In this document: piece after piece, positions 45,798-55,666 of the stretch | How the letters are laid out: each line of letters starts with the position of its first letter | Position numbering within the stretch: position 1 is the first letter of the stretch | NCBI GenBank assembly: GCA_965603725.1 | Contig: CBFDEC010000004.1 | Location: forward strand, 39,147 to 103,146 | Reading direction: 5' to 3' | Length of the DNA: 64,000 bases | Source of the DNA: an uncultured bacterium | GTDB lineage: Bacteria > Zixibacteria > MSB-5A5 > UBA10806 > 4484-95 | The notes under the pieces: generated by a model | Seen by the model: the letters and a program-made list of their open reading frames with translations, nothing else | What the model was told of the DNA's origin: nothing | The model's database searches: none | Made by a program: the position numbers and the translations under genes

Positions 45798-48211
45798 TGA
45801 AAATCAGCTACAACTGGCTAAAAGAACTTATCGATTTTGAAGCCTTACCGAAGAAGGCAGCCGAGCTTTTAACGATGTCCGGTTCAGAGGTTGAGGCTAT
45901 CGAGAAAAAGGGTTATGAGATTTCAGGGATTGTTGCCGGCGAAATTAAAACGGTCAATCCTCATCCGCAGGCAGACAAATTGACTGTTTGCACAGTCGAT
46001 ATTGGCAGTGAGACGCTGGCCGCTGTTTGCGGCGCTCCTAATGTGAAACCGGGTCTGAAGGTCTTGTTTGCCGGGGTCGGTTCGTCTCTTGTTGATGGAA
46101 ATACACTGAAAAAAGCCAGAATCCGAGGGGTGGAGTCGTTCGGCATGATACTGGCCGAGGATGAACTCGGCATCTCGGATGACCATACGGTAGTTATTGA
46201 ACTTGAGTGTAATGTTAAACCGGGCACACTGCTTGAAAGTATTCTACCGCTCTGCGATTATATATTCGAACTGGAGATCACTCCCAACCGGCCTGATTGT
46301 CTTTCGCACATCGGCATCGCGCGCGAACTAAAAGCATTGCTGGGCGGTCAGATTAAATATCCGGATTTTAATGTAACCGAAACCGGACCGAATACATCGC
46401 TGGATTTGAAAATCGAGATCGACGCCCCGGATGGCTGTCCGCGTTATACCGGCAGGCTGGTTTCCGGGATAAAAATAGAACCATCGCCGCTGTGGCTTAA
46501 AACACGGCTGAATTACCTCGGCATAAGGCCTATAAATAACGTTGTTGATATAACTAACTATGTTTTACTGGAAACCGGCCACCCTCTTCATGCTTTCGAC
46601 TATGATATGCTGAAGACCAAAAAAATCGTTGTCAGACGAGCTAAAAACGGCGAGATGTTTATAACTCTTGATGATGTTGGGCGGGAATTGAAAGACGGTC
46701 ACCTTTTAATAACCGATGGTGAAAAGGCGGTGGCGCTGGCTGGCATAATGGGTGGGCAGAATTCTGAAGTCACCGAATCAACAACAAATATTCTAATGGA
46801 ATCGGCATATTTTGATCCGGTCATTATTCGCCGCGGCGCTAAAGCGGTTGGATTATCGACTGAATCGTCTCAAAGGTTTGAGCGCGGAGCCGATCCCCTG
46901 ATGGCGTCAAAAGCCAACAACCGGGCTTGTGCGCTTATAGCCGAACACGCTGGCGGAAAAGTCCATAAAGGGATGATTGATGCTTATCCCCAAAAGTTCT
47001 CGCCGGTGAAAATCGATTTTCGTCCCGAACGTGTTGAAACAGTATTAGGCGTCAATATCGATAAAACTAAAATAAGCCGGATTTTCGATGGCCTTGATAT
47101 TGAATATGAATACGGCAGAATTGGAGCAGAAAATGTAAGAAAATTATTTACATCAATGCAAATTACGCGGCCATCATTCCGCCCCGATTTGACTCGTGAG
47201 ATCGATCTTATCGAGGAAATTGCCCGTATTTATGGACTGGATAATATCCCGGAAATGTACCGTCCCGGCGGCAATCTTGAGATCGAAATTGCCCCTGAAG
47301 CAATAGTTAAAGATCGCCTTAGAAACTTCCTTGTCGGTCGGGGCTTCGTAGAGATATTTCCGTTGACCCTTGTAGATGGCCAGCAGCTGAACAAAATTGA
47401 CAGCGATATTGACCTGGTAACCTTGCAAAATCCGCTGTCGGAGGAAATGTCGGTTCTCAGGCCTGACCTTACATTCTCGATGATTAAAACGCTCAGGCAT
47501 AACATTAACTTTGGCAACAAGGATGTTAAGCTGTTTGAGATAGGGACATTATATAAACCGTCATCGGGGGATTTAGCCGATGAAAAAGAGACTATCTGCC
47601 TGGGTATCAGCGGACGGGAAAGACCTGTAAGCTGGCGGAACCAAGAGACATTTTCGGACTTCTACTTTCTTAAGGCCGAACTTGAAATAATTTTTCAGTA
47701 TTTTAATATTGATCTGAAAATGGCCTCAAAGGCTAATCCATATTTTGATGATGATTGCAGTTTTAGCCTGGTTCTTCAGGGAAATAGAAATTCGGGATAT
47801 TTTGGAAAAATTTCATCAAAAGCGGCAAAAGCAGTTGGCTTGAAACAGGATTGTTATGTTGCCGAACTTTATTTATCGCCATTTGCCGAACTGGCATTAA
47901 AGACCAGGTACTATAAGCAGTTGCCGAAATATCCCGAATCAGACAGGGATATTGCCCTGGTTATTAATAATGATGTTCCAATAGAAGACATATTAAAACT
48001 CATTCGTGCCACAGGCGGCGACATTATAGAGGATGCCTTCTTGTTCGACATATATCGCGGTAAAAATATTCCTGAGGGCAAGAAAAGTATTGCTTTTAGG
48101 GTAATTTATCGTTCTGGAAAGCGGACTCTTACTGATAATGAGGTTGATGAAATTCATGGCAAGGTTGTTAATAAATTAAATAAAGAGTTTGGCGCTATAC
48201 TGAGGTCATAA
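45794..48211 (+). CDS. pheT: Phenylalanyl-tRNA synthetase beta subunit
   Basis: 805 aa: tRNA-binding N-domain, B3/4, B5, and a FDX-ACB C-terminus. Confidence 0.9.
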   Translation: MMKISYNWLKELIDFEALPKKAAELLTMSGSEVEAIEKKGYEISGIVAGEIKTVNPHPQADKLTVCTVDIGSETLAAVCGAPNVKPGLKVLFAGVGSSLVDGNTLKKARIRGVESFGMILAEDELGISDDHTVVIELECNVKPGTLLESILPLCDYIFELEITPNRPDCLSHIGIARELKALLGGQIKYPDFNVTETGPNTSLDLKIEIDAPDGCPRYTGRLVSGIKIEPSPLWLKTRLNYLGIRPINNVVDITNYVLLETGHPLHAFDYDMLKTKKIVVRRAKNGEMFITLDDVGRELKDGHLLITDGEKAVALAGIMGGQNSEVTESTTNILMESAYFDPVIIRRGAKAVGLSTESSQRFERGADPLMASKANNRACALIAEHAGGKVHKGMIDAYPQKFSPVKIDFRPERVETVLGVNIDKTKISRIFDGLDIEYEYGRIGAENVRKLFTSMQITRPSFRPDLTREIDLIEEIARIYGLDNIPEMYRPGGNLEIEIAPEAIVKDRLRNFLVGRGFVEIFPLTLVDGQQLNKIDSDIDLVTLQNPLSEEMSVLRPDLTFSMIKTLRHNINFGNKDVKLFEIGTLYKPSSGDLADEKETICLGISGRERPVSWRNQETFSDFYFLKAELEIIFQYFNIDLKMASKANPYFDDDCSFSLVLQGNRNSGYFGKISSKAAKAVGLKQDCYVAELYLSPFAELALKTRYYKQLPKYPESDRDIALVINNDVPIEDILKLIRATGGDIIEDAFLFDIYRGKNIPEGKKSIAFRVIYRSGKRTLTDNEVDEIHGKVVNKLNKEFGAILRS

Positions 48212-48246
48212 TTGGTGGATTTCAGTATAGAATAATTGGTGAGCTT

Positions 48247-48552
48247 ATGGATAACAGCGCAAAAAATATTGAAAAAAGCTTTGAAAAACTTGAAGCAGTA
48301 GTTTATAATACTGCAGCTAAGATTAATAGTTTAAAAAGAATAAACCAAGATTTGAAAGGTAAAGTTAACGAATTAAAGCGCTTAAAAGCTTTAAGTGAAA
48401 AAAAGGCTGAACGGTTGAAACGGGAACTTGACGGGGTCAGGTTATCGGATCAACAATCCTGGCGGGAAAAAGAAAAGGATATAAAAAATAGACTTAAGAA
48501 CCTGTCGGTAAAAATTTCAGCTTTTGAGAAGAATTATTCAATAGACAGTTAA
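48247..48552 (+). CDS. Coiled-coil protein (possibly ZapB-like) upstream of zapA
   Basis: 101-aa uninterrupted heptad-repeat sequence. Confidence 0.35.
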   Translation: MDNSAKNIEKSFEKLEAVVYNTAAKINSLKRINQDLKGKVNELKRLKALSEKKAERLKRELDGVRLSDQQSWREKEKDIKNRLKNLSVKISAFEKNYSIDS

Positions 48553-48587
48553 CCTTAAATATAGATCGGGGAGATTAAGCTGATCAA

Positions 48588-48866
48588 ATGAAAAAAAGCA
48601 GGCTGAAGTTGAAGATTTTCGGCGCCGAATATGCACTCAAGGCTGATACCAGCGATGAATATATAAAAGAGACTGCCATTTACGTGGATAAAGTGATGAA
48701 TGATATTGCATCTAAATATCAGGAGCAATCTGATGCAAGAGTGGCGGTTTTAGCTGCGTTAAATATCGCAGAAGAGCTTTTTGAGGCTCGCCGGCAGGCT
48801 CCGGTTAACATTGAGGCCAGAGCCCTGAAAATAGCTGATATCCTCAACGCCGCTTTAGAAGATTAG
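48588..48866 (+). CDS. zapA: Cell-division protein ZapA
   Basis: …LKIFGAEYALKADTSDEYIKETAIYVDKVM… and gene order (pheT–zapA–rny). Confidence 0.65.
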   Translation: MKKSRLKLKIFGAEYALKADTSDEYIKETAIYVDKVMNDIASKYQEQSDARVAVLAALNIAEELFEARRQAPVNIEARALKIADILNAALED

Positions 48867-48894
48867 CCTCTCTCCATACGCCTAAGGAGGCGCA

Positions 48895-50457
48895 ATGGAA
48901 TTACCATATATTATAAGCATAGGTTTAGCATTAGTAGTTCTGGCTTTTATTGTCGGAATTGTTGTTGCTCGTCATATGGGCGAGAAAAAGATTGCTAAGG
49001 CTGAGGAACAGGCCTCAAAAATTATTGCTGATGCGGAAAAGACCGTTGAGGTAAAGAAAAAAGAGTCTGTTTTAGAAGCGAAAGACCACTGGCTGAAAGA
49101 AAAATCGAAATTTGAAAGAGAAACCAGTAAAAAACGAAACGAGATTCAAAAGCTGGAAGCCCGTCTCGTAGATAAAGAGCAGGCGCTTAATCGAAAAGTC
49201 GATATCTTAAACCTGAAAGAAAGGGACATAACCACCCGTGAAAAAACTCTGGTCGGCAGGGAAAGAGCTGTTCTGCATAAAGAGAAACATCTTGATACGC
49301 TTATTGCCGAACAGAATATTCAGCTTGAAAAAATAGCAGGTATGACGTCAGAGGAGGCTAAGAAGCTTTTAATGGAAAACCTTGAGGCTGAAGCCCGACG
49401 GGGTGCGGCTCAGCTCATTAAAGAGATAAAGGACCAGGCTGAACGTGATGCCGAAAAGGAGGCTAAAAATATTATTATCCAGGCGATTCAGCGATGTGCG
49501 GCGGATTACGCCATGGAATCATGTGTGTCGGTGGTTAATATTCCGACTGACGAGATGAAGGGGAGGATAATCGGTCGAGAGGGTAGGAATATCCGTTCGT
49601 TTGAGACGGCTACCGGCATCGATGTCATAGTCGATGATACTCCCGAGGCGATAATACTTTCGGGTTATGACCCGATCCGTCGTGAGATTGCCCGCATCGG
49701 CATGGAGAAACTGATAATGGATGGTCGTATTCATCCGGCTCGGATTGAAGAGGTTGTTGTCAAGGCTGAAAAGGAAATGGAGATCATTATCCGCGAAATC
49801 GGTGAACAGGCTTGTTTCGATGTTGGCGTTCATGGCGTCAACCCCGAAATTGTGAAGCTTTTAGGCAAACTGAATTATCGAACCAGTTATGGTCAGAATG
49901 TCTTACAGCATTCTAAGGAAGTGGCCTTTTTATGTGGAATTATGGCCGCAGAGCTGAATCTTGACAACAATATTGCCAAAAGAGCCGGCCTGTTTCATGA
50001 TATCGGAAAAGCCATCGACAGGGAAACAGAGGGTACTCATACAGTAATCGGCGTTGATTTTATTTCCAAATTCAACGAGAACGCGGCTGTTTTAAACGCT
50101 ATTGCCAGCCATCATGAAGATGTGCCAATGGAAACCCCGTATGCCGTGCTTGTTCAAGCCGCCGATGCTGTTTCAGGGGCCAGACCGGGCGCCAGGCGCG
50201 AAACCCTTGAAGGCTATATTAAACGCCTGGAAAAACTGGAGGAAATGGCCGATTCGTTTAGCGGAGTAGGCAAGGCTTATGCTATACAGGCTGGACGCGA
50301 AATCAGGGTGATTGTGGAATCTGATACTATCGATGACGTCGGTTGCGCTCAGCTCTCAAGCGAAATCGCTCGCAAGATTGAAGCCGAGCTCGAATATCCA
50401 GGCCAGATTAAAGTGACTGTTATAAGAGAAACAAGGTCCATAGAATATGCCAAATAA
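48895..50457 (+). CDS. rny: Ribonuclease Y
   Basis: N-terminal TM helix, coiled coil, KH domain ([15 protein letters not shown]) and HD domain (LFHDIGKA). Confidence 0.9.
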   Translation: MELPYIISIGLALVVLAFIVGIVVARHMGEKKIAKAEEQASKIIADAEKTVEVKKKESVLEAKDHWLKEKSKFERETSKKRNEIQKLEARLVDKEQALNRKVDILNLKERDITTREKTLVGRERAVLHKEKHLDTLIAEQNIQLEKIAGMTSEEAKKLLMENLEAEARRGAAQLIKEIKDQAERDAEKEAKNIIIQAIQRCAADYAMESCVSVVNIPTDEMKGRIIGREGRNIRSFETATGIDVIVDDTPEAIILSGYDPIRREIARIGMEKLIMDGRIHPARIEEVVVKAEKEMEIIIREIGEQACFDVGVHGVNPEIVKLLGKLNYRTSYGQNVLQHSKEVAFLCGIMAAELNLDNNIAKRAGLFHDIGKAIDRETEGTHTVIGVDFISKFNENAAVLNAIASHHEDVPMETPYAVLVQAADAVSGARPGARRETLEGYIKRLEKLEEMADSFSGVGKAYAIQAGREIRVIVESDTIDDVGCAQLSSEIARKIEAELEYPGQIKVTVIRETRSIEYAK

Positions 50458-50869
50458 GCAGGATTTTCTGTTATCATCAGAGATAGCCTTATTCGGGATT
50501 TCGCCACAGCGAAAAACTTTTGCATCAGGCGTTAAAAAAAGTTTGGAAAAAGCCACTTTCAAAGTTTACCCGGTTAATCCATCAGCCAATGGTTGTTATT
50601 CAAACCTCGAAGAAATTCCTGTTAAGGTTGAAGCCGTTTATGTTGCGGTAAATCGCGCTAATGCGCTGAGTATTAGCGAAAACATAATCAAATATGGAAT
50701 AAAAAAAGTATGGCTTCAATACGGTTCTTATAATGAGCAAATTATTAACAAGCTCAAAGATGCAGGCATTGAAGTTTATACTGGTTGTTTGACGATGTTT
50801 ATTCCGGGAGTTGGGTTTATTCACAGATTTCATAGAGTTATTCACGATTTCTTTGAAAGAAAAAAATGA
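50447..50869 (+). CDS. CoA-binding-domain protein (YccU-like)
   Basis: …[23 protein letters not shown]…, Rossmann-like, 140 aa. Confidence 0.5.
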   Translation: MPNKQDFLLSSEIALFGISPQRKTFASGVKKSLEKATFKVYPVNPSANGCYSNLEEIPVKVEAVYVAVNRANALSISENIIKYGIKKVWLQYGSYNEQIINKLKDAGIEVYTGCLTMFIPGVGFIHRFHRVIHDFFERKK

Positions 50870-51648
50870 AAATACTTTTTGTCGGAGATATGATGGGAAA
50901 TCCGGGTATCAGGGCTGTTGCTGATACTCTTGATGTTTTTAAAAAAGAGAAGCGGGATTACGATTTTATTATCGCAAATGTCGAAAATGCGGCCGGAGGT
51001 TTCGGGATAAACAAGGATTCCTGGGATAAGATGGCCGAACTCAGTATAGACTGCATGACCTCGGGTAACCATATATGGGACCGTCTTGAAATACACAAAT
51101 ATATTAACGATGAACCAAAGCTGTTAAGACCGGCAAATTATCCTATCGGCAATCCCGGTTTTGGCTGGCAGGTGTATGAGACTCAAACAGGCGGGCAGAT
51201 AGCGGTGATTAACCTTCAGGGGCGAGTTTATATGAATAACATCGATTGTCCTTTTATTACCGCTGATAAAATTTTAGAAGAGATTGGAGACAGGTATAAA
51301 AATATTATTGTCGATTTCCATGCTGATGCCTCCAGCGAGAAACAGGCAATGGGCTGGTATCTTGATGGTCGGGTATCGGCAGTAATCGGTACTCATACAC
51401 ATGTCCAGACAGCCGAGACACGGGTTTTACCGGGCGGTACAGGTTTTATAGCCGATGTCGGCATGTGTGGACCCTACGATTCAGTCATTGGGATGGAGAT
51501 TGAGGCCGCCCTGTTTCGCCTGCTGAAAGGCCGTCCCAACCGTCTCCAGGTTGCCGCTGGAAATATCAAGTTCGCTGCGGTACATCTGGAGATTGATGAG
51601 CAAAACGGTAAGTGTAAATACATTGAAAGAATGCTGATCGATGTATAA
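50866..51648 (+). CDS. ymdB: YmdB-family metallophosphoesterase (2',3'-cAMP phosphodiesterase)
   Basis: [14 protein letters not shown]…ANVENAAGGFGI…, and a position after rny as in Firmicutes. Confidence 0.8.
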   Translation: MKILFVGDMMGNPGIRAVADTLDVFKKEKRDYDFIIANVENAAGGFGINKDSWDKMAELSIDCMTSGNHIWDRLEIHKYINDEPKLLRPANYPIGNPGFGWQVYETQTGGQIAVINLQGRVYMNNIDCPFITADKILEEIGDRYKNIIVDFHADASSEKQAMGWYLDGRVSAVIGTHTHVQTAETRVLPGGTGFIADVGMCGPYDSVIGMEIEAALFRLLKGRPNRLQVAAGNIKFAAVHLEIDEQNGKCKYIERMLIDV

Positions 51649-51680
51649 TCGGGTACTATAAGATTTACGAGGGCGCTGTA

Positions 51681-52565
51681 ATGGGTCAAATTATAGATGG
51701 CAGGAAAATTTCCGGAGAGATTAAAACTGAACTGAAAAGTGAAATTGAAAAACTGAAGGAAAAAAACGTTACTCCGGGTCTGGCAGGAGTGCTGGTTGGC
51801 GATGATCCGGCCTCAGCCCTGTATGTCAGCATGAAAGAGAAAGAATGCAAAAAGCTGGGAGTTTATTTCGAGAAAATTGTTAAGCCTGCCGATTTTCCAG
51901 AGCCGGAGCTTTTAAGTCTAATCGACTCGTTGAACAAGCGGGATGATATACATGGCATCCTGGTTCAATCGCCTCTTCCCGGACATATAGATGAGGGTAA
52001 AGCCATTTTAAGCGTTGACCCTGCCAAGGACGTTGATGGTTTCCATCCGGTAAACCAGGGATTAATGCTGGCTGGTAAGCCGGTATATCTGCCTGCAACG
52101 CCTGCCGGCATTGTTGAACTATTATGGCGTTCGGGACATAAACCGGAGGGAAAGCATGTCGTCATTCTGGGCAGAGGATATCTTGTCGGTCGACCCCTGG
52201 CAGTTTTGTTAGCGTTGAAAAACCAGAAAGCAAATGCCACTGTGACCCTCTGTCATACCCGCACCGCTAATATCAAAGAAATCGCCCGTCAGGCAGATAT
52301 TCTTGTGGCGGCCATGGGTAAAGCTCAGTATGTGACTAAGGATATGGTAAAACCGGGAGCTGTTGTAATCGATGTCGGGACCAACAGAATCACAGATTCG
52401 AGCCATCCAAAGGGAGCCCGGCTTGTTGGTGATGTCGATTTTGACCAGGTAAAAGAAACAGCCGGTGCAATCACGCCGGTGCCCGGCGGCGTTGGTCCAA
52501 TGACTATAGCAATGCTTTTGACAAATACGGTAAAAGCGGCAAAACGAATACTCAAAAATGGCTGA
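51681..52565 (+). CDS. folD: Methylenetetrahydrofolate dehydrogenase/cyclohydrolase FolD
   Basis: …IIDGRKIS…GLAGVLVGDDPASALYV…VVILGRGYLVGRPLA…. Confidence 0.9.
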   Translation: MGQIIDGRKISGEIKTELKSEIEKLKEKNVTPGLAGVLVGDDPASALYVSMKEKECKKLGVYFEKIVKPADFPEPELLSLIDSLNKRDDIHGILVQSPLPGHIDEGKAILSVDPAKDVDGFHPVNQGLMLAGKPVYLPATPAGIVELLWRSGHKPEGKHVVILGRGYLVGRPLAVLLALKNQKANATVTLCHTRTANIKEIARQADILVAAMGKAQYVTKDMVKPGAVVIDVGTNRITDSSHPKGARLVGDVDFDQVKETAGAITPVPGGVGPMTIAMLLTNTVKAAKRILKNG

Positions 52566-53763
52566 TACTATATTAACAGTTACAGAATTAACGAAATCTA
52601 TTAAGCTTTTGCTTGAGGACAATTTCCCCAAAATTTGGGTTGAGGGGGAGATTTCAAATTATATCAAGCATTCTTCCGGCCACAGGTATTTTACCCTTAA
52701 GGATGACAGTGCCCAGATAAAATGTGTAATCTGGAAAGGTATGAGTCGATACCTGCTTTTCGAGCCTGAAAACGGCATGAAAGTTAAAGCCTGCGGGCAG
52801 GTGACCGTTTATGAGCGATCCGGACAGTATCAACTGATTGTATCGGCGATGCAACCGGTCGGCGTCGGTGAACTCGAATTAGCTTTCCGGCAGTTGAAAG
52901 CCAAACTGGAAAAAGAGGGATTGTTCGATGATCGTCATAAAAAGCCGATTCCGGAATATCCTGAAAAAGTCGGGGTTGTCACATCGCCCACAGGAGCGGC
53001 GGTAAGAGACATAATCAAGGTGATTAATCGCAGGGCGCCGTGGATAGAGGTTATCATCAGGCCATCATTAGTCCAGGGAGAGACAGCCTCGGCTGATATT
53101 GCGCAGGCTGTTCGTGATTTTAATGAGTACGCCAAAGTTGACCTGCTGATTGTGGGACGAGGCGGCGGTTCGCTGGAGGACCTCTGGCCTTTCAACGAGG
53201 AACAAACGGCACGAGCGATATTCGAATCGCAAATACCGGTTATTTCTGCAGTCGGGCATCAGATTGACTTTACGATTTCGGATTTTGTCGCCGACCTGAG
53301 AGCGCCTACACCATCAGCGGCGGCGGAACTGGCTGTACCGGATGGCGCTGAGTTGAGAGGATATTTTTTAGAAAATTACCGGCGATTGTGCCAGACTCAG
53401 CTTGAGAATATTGAATCGTATAAAGTCAATCTTCAAAACCAGGTCAGCCGGTATGGCATTCGAAAGCCTATGGAAATCGTCAATGCCCGAATACAACGCC
53501 TGGATGAGTTAAATCAAAGCTTTCAAAAGACAGCCATGCATATGATCGAAAGGCATCGGAACAATCTTTCAATGATTCAAACAAAGCTTACTTCGGCATC
53601 TCCAAAAAATATTATGAGCAGGGGATATGCTTTTGTTACCTCGCCGGTTACAAAAAAGACGATAAAATCATTTACTCAGGTAGCTGTAAATGATATTATA
53701 GATATAAGATTACATAAAGGAGAACTTCAAGCGGGCATTACTAAAGTGAAGGGTGAGAATTGA
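52558..53763 (+). CDS. xseA: Exodeoxyribonuclease VII large subunit
   Basis: OB-fold N-terminus (…VEGEISNYIKHSSGHRYFTLKD…) and a catalytic core. Confidence 0.85.
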   Translation: MADTILTVTELTKSIKLLLEDNFPKIWVEGEISNYIKHSSGHRYFTLKDDSAQIKCVIWKGMSRYLLFEPENGMKVKACGQVTVYERSGQYQLIVSAMQPVGVGELELAFRQLKAKLEKEGLFDDRHKKPIPEYPEKVGVVTSPTGAAVRDIIKVINRRAPWIEVIIRPSLVQGETASADIAQAVRDFNEYAKVDLLIVGRGGGSLEDLWPFNEEQTARAIFESQIPVISAVGHQIDFTISDFVADLRAPTPSAAAELAVPDGAELRGYFLENYRRLCQTQLENIESYKVNLQNQVSRYGIRKPMEIVNARIQRLDELNQSFQKTAMHMIERHRNNLSMIQTKLTSASPKNIMSRGYAFVTSPVTKKTIKSFTQVAVNDIIDIRLHKGELQAGITKVKGEN

Positions 53764-54095
53764 GTACTGAAACTAAAATTTATCATTCGATTTCCGAGGT
53801 TGCTAAGATGATGAGGCTGGAGGCGTATGTATTGCGTTTCTGGGAAAAGGAATTCCGCCAGCTTCGCCCCAAAAAGAACAGGGCCGGCAACAGGATTTAT
53901 CAGCAGAAAGATATCGATATTTTGATGCAGATTAAACTGTTGCTGTATGACAAAGGCTTCACTATCGAAGGCGCCAGAAATTATCTAAAGGACAACGGGA
54001 AGGGTAATAATTCGAAACTGAAATCGGAGATGGCTGTTAAGCTGTTAAAGGAAGTACGTACAGACATTGACGATATGTTGAAGCTTTTCCCTTGA
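53760..54095 (+). CDS. MerR-family transcriptional regulator, in the position where xseB is usually found
   Basis: MerR HTH (…YHSISEVAKMMRLEAYVLRFWEKEF…NRIYQQKDIDIL…). Confidence 0.65.
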   Translation: MSTETKIYHSISEVAKMMRLEAYVLRFWEKEFRQLRPKKNRAGNRIYQQKDIDILMQIKLLLYDKGFTIEGARNYLKDNGKGNNSKLKSEMAVKLLKEVRTDIDDMLKLFP

Positions 54096-54130
54096 TTTTA
54101 ACGGAATATCTGGTATTTTACCTGTGTGTC

Positions 54131-54207
54131 GGGGCGTAGCGCAGCCTGGTTAGCGCACTTGCTTGGGGTGCAAGAGGTCGGCCGTTCAAATCGGCTCGCC
54201 CCGACCA
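54131..54207 (+). tRNA. tRNA-Pro (anticodon GGG), CCA encoded
   Basis: Acceptor GGGGCGT/CGCCCCG. Anticodon stem CTTGC/GCAAG with loop TTGGGGT. T-arm GGCCGTTCAAATCGGCT. Confidence 0.75.
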
Positions 54208-54242
54208 TGGTATTTATTTTGCCGCTAAAATTGAAATAATTA

Positions 54243-54281
54243 AAAAAGCTGGTGCACGAGGACATACACCAGCCACTTTAA
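54243..54281 (+). repeat. 39-nt repeated hairpin element, copy A (AAAAAGCTGGTGCAyGAGGACATACACCAGCCACTTTAA)
   Basis: 38 of 39 positions are identical to the copy at 56982-57020. It contains the inverted repeat GCTGGTG…CACCAGC. Confidence 0.6.
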
Positions 54282-54379
54282 CAAGTGGTTCAGAAGACTT
54301 GTATATCTAATGCGAAATCTGGATTAAAAATCCCAGGTCTTTTTATAAGTGATGAAGGCTCATTCTCGTATGTCTTTTA

Positions 54380-55387
54380 TTATTGTTGCCCCTGCATGAA
54401 TCGTTTTATAATACGATATGCTATTAATGTTATCCATCTGCTTGGCAGTTTCTTTTGGCCAAAGTCGAAATCGGACCAAACATTATGGATGGATTCCGCA
54501 TAGAAGCATCCATTTTTATCTTGTTTTGAAACAAGTATATTAATCATTTCACTCATCCGGGAATCTTTTCTTGCAAAGTCAAATTGGGAAAGTATCTCCA
54601 GATATTTTAAGATTCGATAATCAGTGAAGGGATATTTTAGTTTTTCCCAGCCTTTTCCGATTTCGGAATCATGCCCGGCATATTTTATCTTTCCTCTTTT
54701 ATCCCAGCACTTTAACAGAAATTTTACGATTCTTTTGGCAATCTTGCTATTCTTAAGCTCTGGATTTTGGCTTATTGCGCCCAACACACATAGTGCTGCA
54801 AATGCACAGCTTGGTTCCTGTTCTCTCGGTTTACCTGGCAGCCCTGTATTCTTACACCAGAAGCCGCCATCAAGACGCTGCCGCTCTACAAGCCAGCTAT
54901 AGGCATTATGTAATCTCGGATCGGATATATAATCCAATTTTGCTAATGATTCGATCAGAATACCGGTAAAACAATCGCCTGGTGTCGGCGGCGGGGCCCA
55001 GCCAAATCCCCCACAAGGGAACTGAGTAGTAAATACATATTTACAGGCACTGGCTATTTCCTTAGTATCTCTTCTCAAGCCAAAGTCAGCCAAAACCCCC
55101 AATAACCAAAATGTGGTGTCTTTCCTGGGCCACCAAGTATAGATATCCGTGGAAGTCCCCCAATACCCGCCTTTATTTTGATTATCAAGAATTCGTTTTA
55201 CCAACTCATGTTCACGAATTGATTTTTCAATTACATCAACCTCTTTATCCTTATTTTTCTTATCTAATAAATCTATCATGACGTGATATTTAACAAAAGG
55301 TTCTCCCTCGAGAAGCCAATCAATTGGCAATAACTTCAAAAAACTTTGCAGTTTATTTAGCATATGTTTATGCGAGCCCAAAGGCAT
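54380..55387 (-). CDS. Alpha/alpha-toroid protein with squalene-cyclase/prenyltransferase-type QW-like repeats
   Basis: Repeated Q-x2-5-GG-F/W motifs (QNKGGYWG; QFPCGGFGW; QRLDGGFW; QDKNGCF). 335 aa. The start has an AAAGG RBS. Confidence 0.5.
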   Translation of the reverse strand: MPLGSHKHMLNKLQSFLKLLPIDWLLEGEPFVKYHVMIDLLDKKNKDKEVDVIEKSIREHELVKRILDNQNKGGYWGTSTDIYTWWPRKDTTFWLLGVLADFGLRRDTKEIASACKYVFTTQFPCGGFGWAPPPTPGDCFTGILIESLAKLDYISDPRLHNAYSWLVERQRLDGGFWCKNTGLPGKPREQEPSCAFAALCVLGAISQNPELKNSKIAKRIVKFLLKCWDKRGKIKYAGHDSEIGKGWEKLKYPFTDYRILKYLEILSQFDFARKDSRMSEMINILVSKQDKNGCFYAESIHNVWSDFDFGQKKLPSRWITLIAYRIIKRFMQGQQ

Positions 55388-55483
55388 CCCGACCTTTCAA
55401 ATAGCAAGATAACATACATATTTTCCAGTAGCAAGTAATCTTAATCATTGTTATTATGTTGAAAACTATATTTTTAATTATGA

Positions 55484-55504
55484 TGACATACGCCAGCCAC
55501 TTTA
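55484..55504 (+). repeat. Partial third copy (21 nt, 20 of 21 matching) of the repeated element: GACATACgCCAGCCACTTTAA
   Basis: Matches the 3' half of the 39-mer. It sits in the divergent intergenic region between the toroid gene and serpin 1. Confidence 0.45.
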
Positions 55505-55666
55505 ATTGTTCATTTTAGCAATAATTGTCCTTTTCAGCAATTTTCATGGAATATTTTATCAATTTGATGGTATAATAAAACATAACAATGGTTATTCATC
55601 AGTGAACCGACAGCGACTCTGGTATTATGTAAAGTTATTGAATTTAAAAAGATGGAGGCAAGCGAA

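Noticed and set aside
54100-54380. Integrase or mobile-element boundary at tRNA-Pro and tRNA-Glu.
   Set aside because: No integrase, transposase or tRNA 3'-end direct repeat is visible next to either tRNA. Island status for 54.2-62.8 kb remains only a contextual suspicion.
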